A stretch of DNA of 63,366 bases, filler included, from Rhabdomonas costata (Eukaryota): assembly GCA_019059605.1 (NCBI GenBank). It is 36 parts of 36 records of this genome, joined end to end, with 100 filler letters (N's around TTAATTAATTAA, not from the genome) between each part and the next. Parts side by side here need not be neighbours in the genome. Positions count along the whole stretch, not along the records: positions 61,705 to 63,366 come from JAHMHO010011089.1; 35 more parts are not named here. One strand, 5' to 3'. Below, piece by piece: positions 62,491-63,366 of the stretch. The stretch's first letter is position 1. Each line of letters begins with the position of its first letter. Position numbers and translations under genes: made by a program. The notes below the pieces were generated by a model. It worked only from the letters and a program-made list of their open reading frames with translations. It was not told the DNA's origin and made no database searches.

Positions 62491-63366
62491 CGAAGTGTGG
62501 AGAAGTCCACGAGCTGCGACCGGAATCCGAACCGGTGCGTCCAGAACATCCAGGGGAGTTTGGGCTGTACCGGGTGATCACGCTTGCAAAGCGTTTTGGA
62601 ATGGACCCGCTTGAGGTGAGAAGAAGCCGCAGCTAATAGAAAAGCCAGGGAAGATCTTAATATAAGCTCAGGCCCCAACAAGCCAGGAGCATGCTGGGTA
62701 ATCCTACCAGGCCTACTACGCATTGAAAGAGCAAATTACATGGGATGCCAACTTGTGGGGCAGCCGGGAAAAATGTGGTTGATCGAGGTAGCGCATGTCA
62801 CAGGAGACTCTCCAGCCGTGGAGCTGACCCCTGGCCTGAGACTCTTCAGCACGCAGTGGGAGGCGGTCCAGTGCGGAGCTCAGCGCAGAGAGAATGGAAG
62901 TGAGGACCCAGGAGAGAGGGAACGGAGATGCCGTGTGCAGCAGAGAGGAAAGAAGGAGGGAAAGGGGCATCAGAGAAAGGAGCGAGGCCAAGCAAGGGGG
63001 GAAAAGGAGAGGAAAAAGGACAAGAGAAGGAGGAGGGAAAGGAGGGAAGAAGGAAAGAGGGAGAGAGCAAGGAGGGAGGAAAAGGAAAAAAAAAAAGCAG
63101 AAAAAGAGGGCCCAGCCCTCAAAAAAGTGAGAGTGGTGAAAGCCGAGGTGATGCAGGTGGAGAAGATGTTGCCTAGTTGCTCAAATTGAGAAGCACGGAC
63201 GGGTCCCTGGGGACAATAAAGGGGAAAACCTGGCGCGCTCCGGAGCCACCAGAACTGGAACAATCGTTACTGATGACAAAACTGAGATTACCCCCTCGGC
63301 GTCCCGTCAAGGGGTTAGGGCCAGATTGAGACAGCCACAGCGAGTAGACCGACGCCCCCACCCCAC

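Noticed and set aside
62900-63189. Lys/Glu/Arg-rich ORFs
   Set aside because: They arise from a purine-rich low-complexity tract that is open in several frames, with no independent coding evidence.
1-63366. Gene neighbourhood or cluster interpretation (for example NOG1, PWP2 and NOC4 ribosome-biogenesis genes together, or Pif1 next to SerRS)
   Set aside because: The genes lie on separate, arbitrarily concatenated contigs, so adjacency carries no information.

Overview
This window is not one locus. It is 36 unrelated contigs of about 1.66 kb, joined by 35 artificial 100-nt spacers (44 N + TTAATTAATTAA + 44 N), so nothing can be inferred from gene order across spacers. The DNA comes from an intron-rich microbial eukaryote: GC-rich exons and short spliceosomal introns, mostly GT-AG with weak donors, plus at least one GC-AG. 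A euglenid-like protist is my inference, not something the sequence proves. G/T-only contig ends and a recurrent GGGTGTGTTTGG 12-mer point to GenomePlex-type whole-genome amplification. Recognisable gene fragments include trpB, the NOG1 C-terminus, a GNAT acetyltransferase, eIF3e, PWP2, TOR (FAT domain), a CLC channel and a family-A DNA polymerase (Pol theta-like). Also present are a metacaspase, a PstS-like protein, the NOC4 C-terminus, a degenerate class III cyclase, a cullin, an REJ-domain protein, seryl-tRNA synthetase, a TPR protein and a protein kinase. The best candidate for something new is a decayed Ty3/Gypsy integrase followed on the same strand by a Dam-like N6-adenine methyltransferase domain (38789-40440). 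Other candidates are an intronless Pif1 helicase ORF filling a whole contig, a 15-nt segment between 20-bp inverted repeats at a cullin splice donor that reads better when flipped, an antisense methyltransferase-like exon beside an internal PWP2 exon, and a decayed intronless J-domain ORF. All family calls are from motif recognition by eye; no database search was run.
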